Part shown: piece by piece, positions 1 to 8,449 of the stretch | Layout: each line of letters begins with the position of its first letter | Position numbering within the stretch: position 1 is the stretch's first letter | Sequence record: OR352953.1 | Source of the DNA: Escherichia phage AV123 | DNA length: 64,000 bases | Strand: one strand, 5' to 3' | Translations under genes and position numbers: made by a program | Notes under the pieces: model-generated | Databases searched by the model: none | What the model was told of the DNA's origin: nothing | What the model saw: only the letters and a program-made list of their open reading frames with translations

Positions 1-64
1 CAAGGTGCAATATAAACTGTCAAAAGATTATGATTTTACTTTGACATTTATTTCATAAAACCGC

Positions 65-125
65 TTGCAATACTGCAAAAATAAAGTAAACTGTATTCAT
101 CAAGGCGGTGGAATAGCCCACCGCC
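65..125 (+). promoter_or_regulatory. putative early promoter followed by 5' GC hairpin (ggcggtgg-aatagc-ccaccgcc, ~104-125)
   Basis: TTGCAA/TAAACT-like hexamers; perfect 8-bp stem hairpin ~23 nt upstream of ATG 149; same architecture as downstream cassettes. Confidence 0.35.
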
Positions 126-148
126 TAACAAAGAGAAGAGGAAACATC

Positions 149-319
149 ATGATCACTTTCGCTACCCGTGAAGCCGCTCGCAACGTTGCACGTAAAGTTA
201 ACGCCGCCAACCTGGGCGCTACGCTTAAAGCCCCGGTAAAAGATGAATCAGGTAAATGGATCTTCCCTGGTCTGCGTCACGCTGATAAGCTGGGAACGTT
301 AACGCTAAAAAATAAATAA
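149..319 (+). CDS. hypothetical small early protein (56 aa)
   Basis: in-frame internal start of track ORF 65..319; AAGAG-type RBS after hairpin. Confidence 0.5.
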   Translation: MITFATREAARNVARKVNAANLGATLKAPVKDESGKWIFPGLRHADKLGTLTLKNK

Positions 320-326
320 AATCCGC

Positions 327-385
327 TTGACAGTAGCATCATTTATAAGTAAAGTAACAACAACGGCGGGAAATGGTTTCCCGCC
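327..385 (+). promoter_or_regulatory. early promoter-hairpin cassette (-35 TTGACA 327-332, -10 TAAAGT, hairpin GGCGGGAAA-TGG-TTTCCCGCC 365-385)
   Basis: sigma70-like hexamers with 17-nt spacer; 9-bp perfect stem starting ~10 nt after -10; followed by AAAGAG RBS and ATG 406. Confidence 0.55.
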
Positions 386-405
386 ATCAATAAAGAGATA
401 AGATC

Positions 406-765
406 ATGAAATCAGTAAAAGCAATTAAAACTTACATTGTGTCGGCTATTTCTTTTGATGGTACTACAACCGAAAAAGAAAAGATCACCGAACTGATGCG
501 CCGTTTTAACTCTGAATACTGGTATCCCGATAATCAAAAACGTTACAATTATAACGTGATCAAGGCGATAGCCTCATGGTTACAAGGTTTACCGTCAGAC
601 ATTAACATCGCCTTTGATTATAACGAGATTGATCATTTATTAATTGAATGGAAGTACATAAAAGAAACAAGCAAAGAAACAACCGTTACCCGTGAGCGGG
701 AAAATTATTGGTTATATATTGCAAGCATGATCGTAATCCTGGCAAAACAGCATAACGTGGCGTAA
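406..765 (+). CDS. hypothetical protein (119 aa)
   Basis: track ORF; preceded by promoter-hairpin-RBS cassette. Confidence 0.6.
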   Translation: MKSVKAIKTYIVSAISFDGTTTEKEKITELMRRFNSEYWYPDNQKRYNYNVIKAIASWLQGLPSDINIAFDYNEIDHLLIEWKYIKETSKETTVTRERENYWLYIASMIVILAKQHNVA

Positions 766-780
766 TTAAGAGGAAGAAAC

Positions 781-918
781 ATGAACGCATCACAGCAGAT
801 CGAAAAATTCAACCGCAGCAAGGCGCGTAAAGATTGGAACGAAGAGATCACCAAAAAAGGCGACAAGCGGAACAAAACAAAGAGAGATCGCAGCACAAAA
901 AGATACTGGAACGAATAA
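781..918 (+). CDS. hypothetical small basic protein (45 aa)
   Basis: ATG 781 with AAGAGGAAG RBS; K/R-rich; immediately followed by terminator. Confidence 0.4.
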   Translation: MNASQQIEKFNRSKARKDWNEEITKKGDKRNKTKRDRSTKRYWNE

Positions 919-923
919 CAAAA

Positions 924-947
924 AAGGGCGCAATAAGCGCCCTTTTA
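924..947 (+). terminator. rho-independent terminator (GGGCGC-AATAA-GCGCCC + TTTT)
   Basis: GC stem and T-tract directly after stop at 918. Confidence 0.6.
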
Positions 948-1037
948 GCTTATATAGAGGCTTGTTACCCATAGGCAATGGTAACGCCAGGATAAGCCTA
1001 TAAATCAACGTTAGACGGCTTTACAGGAGCTTTAAAA

Positions 1038-1220
1038 ATGAAATTAGACGAAATAAGCAAGGCACTAGCCCAGGGGCAAAGGTTATGCGCCCGATATCGT
1101 GATCAATATGGCTTCATAACTAGCGGCGTGATCCTGGGGATTGAAGGCAATAAGATTTTTATTGACACGTTGAAAAACGTTGTATATAGTGACAATATAA
1201 TCTCAATAAAACATATATGA
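1038..1220 (+). CDS. hypothetical protein (60 aa)
   Basis: track ORF; CAGGAG RBS upstream. Confidence 0.5.
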   Translation: MKLDEISKALAQGQRLCARYRDQYGFITSGVILGIEGNKIFIDTLKNVVYSDNIISIKHI

Positions 1221-1228
1221 GGCAAGAA

Positions 1229-1630
1229 ATGAAAAAATTATTGATCGCTGGTTTAATCTCTTTTGGCATGGTTGGAACATCTAGCGCGGCGATATCCTCC
1301 ACAGTAGCAGAATTAAGCGCCGTTGATGCAATGGAAAACGTCATGCTTATTAATAATGCGATCCCCGATGAAATCATGGAGGATTCACACATGATCGCTT
1401 ATGGTGCTGTTACACAACTAACGGCAAAAATAGATAAATCTATTGTTAACGGCTTAAATGAAGATGTGCCATGTGAAATTATTACCAGTGTGCTGACTAC
1501 TCAAAATTTTACGCCGTGGTTAAAAAGTATTCAAAAAGTACACAGTACAGCCGCAGATCGTAGCAATGAAAAACTAGTGTCAGCACTTGCAACGTATACC
1601 CTAGCAAAATGCACCGAGATAAAAGATTGA
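1229..1630 (+). CDS. hypothetical secreted/periplasmic protein with N-terminal signal peptide (133 aa)
   Basis: MKKLLIAGLISFGMVGTSSAA signal-like N-terminus; in-frame start inside track ORF 1217..1630. Confidence 0.55.
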   Translation: MKKLLIAGLISFGMVGTSSAAISSTVAELSAVDAMENVMLINNAIPDEIMEDSHMIAYGAVTQLTAKIDKSIVNGLNEDVPCEIITSVLTTQNFTPWLKSIQKVHSTAADRSNEKLVSALATYTLAKCTEIKD

Positions 1631-1677
1631 CAACATAGAAAGCACGTTATAAGATACACACAACAAAGGAGAACTAC

Positions 1678-1980
1678 ATGAACGGCATAGCTAAAACGTT
1701 TTTTCTTTTTTCTGGTGTAAATGATCCATCAATAAAAGTCGATAGTGTAAAAGAAAACAATACTATCACCGCTAAATTGTTTCAAGATGAAACAAATAAC
1801 GTGCTAATCATTAATCTTAAAGAAATAACGAAAGGTTATTATACTATTGCTTACCATGCAATCTATCGTGCTGGTACTAGTGAGGAAGTGCAAACAAGCA
1901 ACAACGAAAGCGCGGCACTACCTGGTGATCTGGTGCTGGGCGTTATCAGTTTAATTGTCAATGATTTTTTTAAGGAGTAA
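1678..1980 (+). CDS. hypothetical protein (100 aa)
   Basis: track ORF; AAGGAG RBS. Confidence 0.55.
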   Translation: MNGIAKTFFLFSGVNDPSIKVDSVKENNTITAKLFQDETNNVLIINLKEITKGYYTIAYHAIYRAGTSEEVQTSNNESAALPGDLVLGVISLIVNDFFKE

Positions 1981-1984
1981 AACC

Positions 1985-2080
1985 ATGCCCTATTTACATT
2001 TATTTTTCGGTATCTTATTGACAGGATCTTTTTTCTTCTGTATGCTTGTTTCTATTGTAAACCACGTTTTAAGACATTAA
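1985..2080 (+). CDS. small hydrophobic membrane peptide (31 aa)
   Basis: ATG 1985 with AAGGAG 8 nt upstream; MPYLHLFFGILLTGSFFFCMLVSIV is a single TM-like segment. Confidence 0.35.
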   Translation: MPYLHLFFGILLTGSFFFCMLVSIVNHVLRH

Positions 2081-2089
2081 GGAAACAGC

Positions 2090-2209
2090 ATGAAAATTAT
2101 TCCCGTACAATATAGCGTAATAAATCCAGCATACGAGGAAGGAAGGAAAACAAGCATGGCTTTATGTTGTATTGCTACTATAGCCATGTTGTTATACATT
2201 GTGTTTTAA
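2090..2209 (+). CDS. small membrane peptide (39 aa)
   Basis: ATG 2090 with AAGGAAACAG RBS-like; hydrophobic C-terminus. Confidence 0.35.
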   Translation: MKIIPVQYSVINPAYEEGRKTSMALCCIATIAMLLYIVF

Positions 2210-2309
2210 TAGGTTTTATAGTTGTACGCTTTAAAGGCTTGACAATTTTTTGTTATGCTTTAAACTATATCTTGAAAACGGCAAAGGCCGCAAACAAAAG
2301 GGTAAAATT

Positions 2310-2633
2310 ATGAAATCTGTGATCGGTGTTTATTTGGATAACTCTGATTTTTTCTATCATCGCGCGCGTTTACTTGATGCTATTGAAATGATAGAATCAG
2401 GCTTTAAAGAGTATCGCCTTGCACATGATGACCTGGAAGCATTACAGGGCAATAGTGTTTTTACATTGCAAGCGAAAGCACTATGCAAAAGCCGGATCGA
2501 GATTGCAAGTAAAAAGATACAACGCGGCATGTCCTGGTTGCGCACCGCAGAAATCAACATGGGGCAATGGTACGGCGAAAACTTAGAAAATAAACGCACT
2601 TTTGTAAATGTAGAAAATCTTAAAGATTATTGA
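2310..2633 (+). CDS. hypothetical protein (107 aa)
   Basis: in-frame internal ATG of track ORF 2250..2633; TTGACA promoter-like hexamer upstream. Confidence 0.5.
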   Translation: MKSVIGVYLDNSDFFYHRARLLDAIEMIESGFKEYRLAHDDLEALQGNSVFTLQAKALCKSRIEIASKKIQRGMSWLRTAEINMGQWYGENLENKRTFVNVENLKDY

Positions 2634-2695
2634 TTGACAGCACACCTAACAGATAGTATATTGTATCTCATAGAGCGGGGAAATGGTTTCCCCGC
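2634..2695 (+). promoter_or_regulatory. early promoter-hairpin cassette (-35 TTGACA 2634-2639, -10 TATATT, hairpin GCGGGGAAA-TGG-TTTCCCCGC 2675-2695)
   Basis: 17-nt spacer; hairpin nearly identical to 365-385. Confidence 0.55.
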
Positions 2696-2715
2696 CTTAA
2701 CAGAAGAGATAAGCT

Positions 2716-3000
2716 ATGAAGATCACAAAAGCACTTTCCAACTATGCAGCACGTCGCGGATTATGTTTAACCGTTGAAAATTTAGGGAAAGAAGATTTTT
2801 TGTGCTTTTGGGAGCTTGAGAATGATAATGAGTGGATCTTCTCTTATTCTATCTGCGAAGATCAAAACGGTTGTTTATTAACCTGGCGCGGTAATATCTA
2901 TCTACCGGAAGAAATCAAAGAAGAATTACCAGGCACGATCATGACTGAGAAACAGCTTAAGGAAGTGATCAATTTTGTAGGGCAAAACATTAAAAAATAA
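2716..3000 (+). CDS. hypothetical protein (94 aa)
   Basis: track ORF; cassette upstream. Confidence 0.6.
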   Translation: MKITKALSNYAARRGLCLTVENLGKEDFLCFWELENDNEWIFSYSICEDQNGCLLTWRGNIYLPEEIKEELPGTIMTEKQLKEVINFVGQNIKK

Positions 3001-3001
3001 T

Positions 3002-3061
3002 TTGACACTAGGCAAACAACGTAGTAAAGTTTATCACATAGGGCGGGAAATGGTTTCCCGC
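3002..3061 (+). promoter_or_regulatory. early promoter-hairpin cassette (-35 TTGACA 3002-3007, -10 TAAAGT, hairpin GGCGGGAAA-TGG-TTTCCCGC 3042-3061)
   Basis: same hexamers, spacing and hairpin as other cassettes. Confidence 0.55.
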
Positions 3062-3084
3062 TCACAACAGAAGAGAAACAAATC

Positions 3085-3255
3085 ATGATCCCAACTATGT
3101 TTTATGTATCGCGCAAAGGTCACAATATTTTTTGGTCTGAAGATTTAAATGAAGCCATGACGTTTGCCCGTGATCGTGTTGCTATCGGTGGCGTTAACAT
3201 TACTGTAACCGATGAAAACGGCATTGAATACTATAACGGCGACGATGAAGAGTAA
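3085..3255 (+). CDS. hypothetical protein (56 aa)
   Basis: ATG 3085 after cassette and AGAAGAG RBS-like; below the 60-aa cut-off of the ORF track. Confidence 0.5.
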   Translation: MIPTMFYVSRKGHNIFWSEDLNEAMTFARDRVAIGGVNITVTDENGIEYYNGDDEE

Positions 3256-3262
3256 TTAATAA

Positions 3263-3283
3263 GGCGGGGGAGTATTCCCCGCC
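3263..3283 (+). promoter_or_regulatory. intercistronic GC hairpin (GGCGGGGGA-GTA-TTCCCCGCC) without recognisable promoter
   Basis: perfect inverted repeat between stop 3255 and ATG 3303. Confidence 0.45.
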
Positions 3284-3302
3284 GTCAATAAAGAGGTAAA
3301 TC

Positions 3303-3572
3303 ATGAAAATATCTTTGGACGTTGCAATCAAGGCCATTGAATCCGGTTACACCCTGGTAAAAGATGATAAGGCTAAAACCGTGCACCACGTTAACAAGGA
3401 AACAGGCGAAAGCATGATCACATATAAAACCGCCTATTTTCTCCAATCAGTAGCAGATCCGCGCGTACAACGCCAGGTTACGGCGGCTATTGCTAAAAAA
3501 TTATGTGCTTTACAGGGTACAAGTTTTAACGAGATCGCCCCGTGTTTTGACTGGTCGAGCTTGAAAAAATAG
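3303..3572 (+). CDS. hypothetical protein (89 aa)
   Basis: track ORF; AAAGAGG RBS. Confidence 0.6.
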   Translation: MKISLDVAIKAIESGYTLVKDDKAKTVHHVNKETGESMITYKTAYFLQSVADPRVQRQVTAAIAKKLCALQGTSFNEIAPCFDWSSLKK

Positions 3573-3573
3573 T

Positions 3574-3629
3574 TTGACAACAATTATAAATCGGGTAGAA
3601 TGTATTTCGTAGGGCGGCAATAGTGCCGC
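3574..3629 (+). promoter_or_regulatory. early promoter-hairpin cassette (-35 TTGACA 3574-3579, -10 TAGAAT, hairpin GCGGCA-ATAG-TGCCGC 3614-3629)
   Basis: sigma70-like hexamers; hairpin variant. Confidence 0.5.
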
Positions 3630-3652
3630 TCACAACTAAAAGAGAAATCAGC

Positions 3653-3847
3653 ATGGCGCTTAAAAAACTAACAAGCAATACTCGTTGGGATGAAATCGAC
3701 GGAGAAGTTTACATTTTCGCCCGTAAACCAGGTGATCAAAAATGGTCTAAGGCTTTTACTTGCCACCCTGCAACAATAGACCTGATAAAAAGGGAAGGTT
3801 TACGTGAAGCGGTAGCAAGAAGTTTACTGATCCCTTATAAAAAATAG
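3653..3847 (+). CDS. hypothetical protein (64 aa)
   Basis: in-frame ATG inside track ORF 3623..3847, placed after the hairpin and AAAAGAG RBS. Confidence 0.55.
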   Translation: MALKKLTSNTRWDEIDGEVYIFARKPGDQKWSKAFTCHPATIDLIKREGLREAVARSLLIPYKK

Positions 3848-3910
3848 TTTGACAATACGCGGTTATCTGGTAAAGTGTACGACATAGGGCGGGGCAATAA
3901 GGCAACGCCC
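3848..3910 (+). promoter_or_regulatory. early promoter-hairpin cassette (-35 TTGACA 3848-3853, -10 TAAAGT, imperfect GC hairpin 3887-3910)
   Basis: hexamers with 17-nt spacer; GGGCG...CGCCC stem. Confidence 0.45.
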
Positions 3911-3928
3911 ATTAATGAGGGTAGAATC

Positions 3929-4033
3929 ATGTTAGAGAAAATTTTCACGGTTGTAATAGTTGGCCTGGCGTTATCGGTTGGATTGGTTGCAACTATGGCT
4001 AACATGATCCTATCTTCCCACGGTATTGGATAA
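3929..4033 (+). CDS. small membrane peptide (34 aa)
   Basis: ATG 3929 after GAGGG RBS-like; MLEKIFTVVIVGLALSVGLVATMANMIL is hydrophobic. Confidence 0.4.
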   Translation: MLEKIFTVVIVGLALSVGLVATMANMILSSHGIG

Positions 4034-4043
4034 GGTGAATCAA

Positions 4044-4259
4044 ATGATCACGAATAAGACAGGTAAAACAGAATTTTTACGCGGCTTGCAAATAGGTAAA
4101 CCTGAGATCTGGCATTGCACTAAATCCGCGCATAATGAAATGAAAGATTTTACCGCTACTTTACAACGTGTTAAAATATCTATCACGCAGAAAAAAGCCT
4201 TGTTAGTAGTAGAAAACGAGATACCGCAAACCATTATTATTGTCGAGCGTACAGCATGA
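4044..4259 (+). CDS. hypothetical protein (71 aa)
   Basis: in-frame ATG of track ORF 4026..4259 with AAGGTGA RBS. Confidence 0.5.
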   Translation: MITNKTGKTEFLRGLQIGKPEIWHCTKSAHNEMKDFTATLQRVKISITQKKALLVVENEIPQTIIIVERTA

Positions 4260-4642
4260 AAACTGAAATCATTATTGAAATCATCAACGGTTATAAAGAA
4301 GCCTTTATTTTTGCTGAATCAGCCAGGGATCATGAAGGCTATTTTATTGATAACTTAGACGATTATGATTTTTCAGATCAAGCCCATCAGCGGATCATTC
4401 ATGACGTAGCGGCTTATTGTGATGCCAATGATGCTGCTATCTCTGAGGCAATGAGCGACGGCGCTACAGCAAACCAGATCGGGAATGATTTACATTTTAC
4501 CCGTAACGGTCACGGCGTAGGCTTTTGGGATCGCCCTGAAATATACACTACTAACACCGCCAACCGCCTAACAAATGCAGCTAAATTAATGCCATCGGTG
4601 CATGCTTACATTGGTGAAGATAATTTGATTTATATTGAATAA
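4256..4642 (+). CDS. hypothetical acidic protein (128 aa)
   Basis: track ORF; ATGA start/stop overlap with upstream gene. Confidence 0.55.
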   Translation: MKTEIIIEIINGYKEAFIFAESARDHEGYFIDNLDDYDFSDQAHQRIIHDVAAYCDANDAAISEAMSDGATANQIGNDLHFTRNGHGVGFWDRPEIYTTNTANRLTNAAKLMPSVHAYIGEDNLIYIE

Positions 4643-4648
4643 AAAGTA

Positions 4649-4707
4649 TTGACACCGATCCCCAATATGTTATTATTTACCACGTAGGCGGGAAATGGTT
4701 TCCCGCC
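4649..4707 (+). promoter_or_regulatory. early promoter-hairpin cassette (-35 TTGACA 4649-4654, -10 TATTAT, hairpin GGCGGGAAA-TGG-TTTCCCGCC 4687-4707)
   Basis: hairpin identical to 365-385. Confidence 0.55.
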
Positions 4708-4730
4708 AGGTAATCAAAAAGGTAAATACT

Positions 4731-5120
4731 ATGCGCAACCTGGTTTCTGTTTCTAACGTTGAAAAATTCCAATCTTTACAGGGTATCGTTAACAACGTAG
4801 CGCCTTTTTTAGTCAATGGCTTGATTGCAAAGATGAAAAATAAACATCATGCGGCATGGTCTGCTTACTGCTTTGATAATGATGAAAAAGCGGCTGAAAT
4901 GATGTTAAATATGCTGTTAGACAGTGTAGAATCATCTTTACCGGAAAACATCGCAGAAGAGATCACCTATCGTTATAATATGGCGATCACTTACCAGGAG
5001 GTTGCGCAATTTAATATGATGGATGATGACGAACAACAGGATCAGGAAATGTTCTGGGAGTATGCAGATCGTCAATCGGCTTTTGATGAAAAGTTAGCGA
5101 TGTATTATAACGAATATTAA
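4731..5120 (+). CDS. hypothetical protein (129 aa)
   Basis: in-frame ATG of track ORF 4695..5120 located after the hairpin. Confidence 0.55.
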   Translation: MRNLVSVSNVEKFQSLQGIVNNVAPFLVNGLIAKMKNKHHAAWSAYCFDNDEKAAEMMLNMLLDSVESSLPENIAEEITYRYNMAITYQEVAQFNMMDDDEQQDQEMFWEYADRQSAFDEKLAMYYNEY

Positions 5121-5133
5121 TACACGGTAAAAG

Positions 5134-5162
5134 AAAGGGGCGCACTAAGCGCCCTTTTTTGT
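5134..5162 (+). terminator. rho-independent terminator (GGGCGC-ACTAA-GCGCCC + TTTTTT)
   Basis: GC stem plus T-run after stop 5120; same family as 924-947. Confidence 0.65.
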
Positions 5163-5504
5163 ATTCTTTTTCACAATGGAAGCGACACGTAAAGAATAGG
5201 CGTAAAGGTGGCGTAAAACCATCTAAAACCGACTGTAACCGCTTAAACAAGGTAGGAATGATTAATCACCTTACCAGGATGAAAAAGCTGTTATAAAGCT
5301 ATCTAGAGCGTTTAAAGCACATAGGAAATAATTTGCTTTTTATCTTGCCTTTTATCCTGCTTTTGATTATTATTATGGAACGGGCGGCACCTGGGGACAG
5401 GGGAAGATAATCACCGGAAGATCCCGCTATATATTAATAGCTAATACCTATCAAACAACAAAACATCAAAGGAATAAACTATCAAATCTTTACAATCCTA
5501 CCTA

Positions 5505-5564
5505 TTGACACCGGATCGCCCTTATACTAAGATGTATCACGTAAGGCGGGAAGTGGTTTCCCGC
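5505..5564 (+). promoter_or_regulatory. early promoter-hairpin cassette (-35 TTGACA 5505-5510, -10 TAAGAT, hairpin GGCGGGAAG-TGG-TTTCCCGC 5545-5564)
   Basis: same architecture as other cassettes. Confidence 0.55.
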
Positions 5565-5583
5565 TCAATATAGGAATCATATC

Positions 5584-5814
5584 ATGATCGAACAAATTAA
5601 ACGCGCTGAAGCTATTAACGGCAATGTGATCTATTCTGTCAGCAATAACGAAAAAGGCGTACCCTATGCAGCGGTGATAGTACAGCCTGACGGTGATTAT
5701 TGGTTTACTGTATACGGATCTTATTCTTTTGGGCGTCCAGTACATGATAAAATTTTGAAAGTAGCTAATCCCACTGGGAAGAATATCACAGTAGAAAAAT
5801 TTTTTGAAAAATAA
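5584..5814 (+). CDS. hypothetical protein (76 aa)
   Basis: track ORF after cassette. Confidence 0.6.
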   Translation: MIEQIKRAEAINGNVIYSVSNNEKGVPYAAVIVQPDGDYWFTVYGSYSFGRPVHDKILKVANPTGKNITVEKFFEK

Positions 5815-5889
5815 CTTGCTTTATAGCCTCTGTTAACTTATAGTTATCGTGTAGGGCAAACAATTTTAAACGGTAAACGAGGAATCACC

Positions 5890-6273
5890 ATGAGCAATAT
5901 CATCAACCTGGCGGCTACTGTAAACGGTAAAGACTTTAACGGCGCTGTAGACCGTGATCCTATGTGGTGCTTGTCAGTGTTTAAAGGTGACTTGGTTGAA
6001 GTTAGAACAACCGAAGGGTATAGCGATGATTATAAATGCGAGATCCATTTACACAACTGGTACACGGGTAAAACTTATGCACTGAATCATGCGTTTATCG
6101 GCAAGGTTGAATATAGAGAAATGATCGACGAAGAAACGGGGCAAGATTTTAGCGAGCATGTTTATATTCGTTCAGAAACATTAGCCGAACGTTTGATCGA
6201 GAAAATGAAAGCAAAAAATAAAATTAATTTATCTCATTGGATTGATATAACAAACGATCCAGCTTATCAGTAA
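5890..6273 (+). CDS. hypothetical protein (127 aa)
   Basis: track ORF; GAGGAA RBS. Confidence 0.6.
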   Translation: MSNIINLAATVNGKDFNGAVDRDPMWCLSVFKGDLVEVRTTEGYSDDYKCEIHLHNWYTGKTYALNHAFIGKVEYREMIDEETGQDFSEHVYIRSETLAERLIEKMKAKNKINLSHWIDITNDPAYQ

Positions 6274-6287
6274 ATAACATTTCAAAC

Positions 6288-6316
6288 AAGGGCGCTTATT
6301 GCGCCCTTTCTTTTTA
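6288..6316 (+). terminator. rho-independent terminator (AGGGCGC-TTATT-GCGCCCT + TTTCTTTTT)
   Basis: GC stem plus T-run; third member of the GGGCGC terminator family. Confidence 0.65.
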
Positions 6317-6520
6317 CCTAAATAAAGATGATAGCTTTTACCTATCAAAAACGTTCACCGAAAAAAGTGAATAGATCGCGGTATCGAGCTAATCAAGGAG
6401 CAGATGAACAACCATACCATGAAGATCATAAGGCGCTTACAACGTGTTTTAGACCGCTTATTTTTAATTTCTTCATGTAATTACCTGGCAAAAACAGCCT
6501 TTTTCTTGTCTTTCCTCTTA

Positions 6521-6600
6521 AATGATAATCATTCTTATTTATAGCTGATTATTTATGCAATAAATTGCATAATGCAATAATGAGAATCATTCTTAACTTA
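6521..6600. repeat. direct repeats AATGA(T/G)AATCATTCTTA (x2, ~57 bp apart) flanking palindrome ATGCAAT-AA-ATTGCAT
   Basis: seen directly in sequence; motif resembles Fur-box hexamer arrays. Confidence 0.5.
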
Positions 6601-6974
6601 AGACCATCTAACCTATAAAATAATAAGTTATCTAACTAAATTAAAACTAATTATCTCACCTTTATTTATAACTTACTGTTACTATCTCATTGATAACATT
6701 GTATTAAACAATAATAACTAATATAAATCATTACTAAGCTAAATATAATCTATCTAACCCTTAAAACTACAATTATAATCTATCGAATTGTTGCACAAAG
6801 TAACTATTAAATTGTTAGTAACATTACTAAATAATTCACATCCTATCTATTTATGATCTAATCTTTACCTTCCTATCTATTACTTAGATAATCATTTCAT
6901 ACAGTAACCATTTCATGTAGTAATCATTCCATACAATAACTATAACAAGAAATATAATTCGCAAGCGTATCATT

Positions 6975-7147
6975 AGCAGCCTATGCCGGACACATAGGCG
7001 GCTAATAATAACGCAACTACACACCCCACATAATAACCATCACCGATAGTTATTATTTGTGCTTATGTAGCTTGCAACAATTGCAAGCGCAACAATATAC
7101 TAGGGTATATTGTATCCCTTACATTGTTGCGGTGCGTTATTATTAGC
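6975..7147. other. nested multi-hairpin element (candidate structured ncRNA or replication/packaging element)
   Basis: outer 12-bp pairing TAATAATAACGC (7003-7014) with GCGTTATTATTA (7134-7145) enclosing perfect hairpins ATAATAAC/GTTATTAT, GCTTGCAA/TTGCAAGC and ACAATATAC/GTATATTGT; GCCTATG/CATAGGC hairpin just upstream (6979-6999). Confidence 0.4.
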
Positions 7148-7436
7148 TAATGTTTAGAACATTGGCTATAATATAAGCTATCCAATAATAAACATGGTGA
7201 ATAATGACACTGATGATCATAATGCGCCACCCTCCAGGGGGCGCTATGTGAACACAAAGAAATCTTTCTTGTCAAGAAAAATATCACCATTATTGCGCAA
7301 AATTATTTATATCTGAATAGATGATTTTTCATACTATTGCCCCCTTGATTATTACCATTTGTTGAGCCTACTTTCTTAAAAGCGCAATAAAATAGAATTA
7401 TATTGATTTTTAGTCGGTTTTATAGTACAGAAAGTA

Positions 7437-7458
7437 TGCAAATGATAATCATTATCAG
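7437..7458. promoter_or_regulatory. Fur-box-like operator (AATGATAATCATTATC)
   Basis: 16 contiguous nt identical to the 3' part of the enterobacterial Fur consensus GATAATGATAATCATTATC; related copies at 6521, 6578 and 7624-7654. Confidence 0.3.
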
Positions 7459-7773
7459 CTATCTTCCACGGGTGGCACTATTTCACACCAGATCATTTCA
7501 TTTGGCAAGGTGTATATAGATGTTTAGACTTGCCAAGCCATTGATTTCCTTAGAATTTATCTGTTTTGTTGTGAGTAGTACCTTTCTTGCTTAGAAAATA
7601 ATCAAAAGTCTTATAAGTCATTGAATGATAATACAAATGATAATTATTCTCATTGATATTTGAGGGGGACGGTCGGCAGAAATCGGGGGGTGCTGAAAAT
7701 CGCGTTAAGCACCTCTCGCAAGCGAGCAGTATTTTGCGGCAAGTTATTGATATTATTGACTTTACGCTTATGA

Positions 7774-7881
7774 AAAGGGGGTGTGTCGAAATAAATCGGG
7801 TATACCGGAAAATTTTTGTGGCATAGATATTTATTTGTCTATATTATGTACAAAGGGGTGTGTTAAAAATAATAGGTATAT
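7774..7881. repeat. two ~30-bp direct repeats AAGGGG(G)TGTGT-N-AAATAA-N-GGTATA
   Basis: copies at ~7774-7804 and ~7852-7881 upstream of first gene of next block. Confidence 0.45.
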
Positions 7882-8013
7882 ATAGAATAATTGATAGGGA
7901 ATATCTATACTAATTCCTCCATTAATGATATTCCTATGCTACTGCTCTTGTAATAGATGAAAAGACGCTGTATGATGTGTGGCATGAAACGTAAACTTAT
8001 AAAGGAGTCTGAT

Positions 8014-8379
8014 ATGTGTGTTCCTCTTAGCAGTCCACTGCTGTTAGAATTTTACAAAGCATGGATGCAAGATCATTCCTCAATGCATCGTGAGAATGTT
8101 GGTTTGTGTATTTGCCTTATGGATTATCTGGCAACCACTATGTCAAAGAAAAAACCTACGCGAGAAGATATAGAACATTTCAAAATGGTTCGCAGTAAAA
8201 CGCTGGAAGAGATGAAATTGCAATTCACGTGTGCTGGGCTATCCTCCTTCCTGCCCTTTAATGATGATCTTCTGTGTTATGAAGATGAAGGTAAGAAACA
8301 TTCTTGCCATACTAACCCAGGGAGATTGCAGTGGGTGAAAGACAGACTCGAAGATGCAAATAATGCTTGCATTGAATAG
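8014..8379 (+). CDS. hypothetical protein, paralogue family A (LLxFY ... GLCxCLxDxL ... HPFN ... RxQWVxDR)
   Basis: in-frame ATG of track ORF 7957..8379 with AAGGAG RBS; shares motifs with 10160..10528 and 11152..11736. Confidence 0.55.
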   Translation: MCVPLSSPLLLEFYKAWMQDHSSMHRENVGLCICLMDYLATTMSKKKPTREDIEHFKMVRSKTLEEMKLQFTCAGLSSFLPFNDDLLCYEDEGKKHSCHTNPGRLQWVKDRLEDANNACIE

Positions 8380-8449
8380 AAATGCCTGTACACTGTGTTC
8401 CATAAGATATGCAATATCGCGCATAACAAACTACTAATGAGAGGTGTAA

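Noticed and set aside
365-5564. Possible CRISPR array suggested by the repeated 21-nt GC hairpins
   Set aside because: Repeats are 250-900 bp apart, irregularly spaced, each embedded in a promoter-RBS context with protein-coding sequence between them; there is no short regular repeat-spacer structure or cas gene.
7437-7458. Treating the Fur-box match as a confirmed Fur operator
   Set aside because: Kept only as a low-confidence feature: the Fur consensus is itself AT-rich hexamer repeats and the surrounding region is very AT-rich, so chance occurrence cannot be excluded without binding data.
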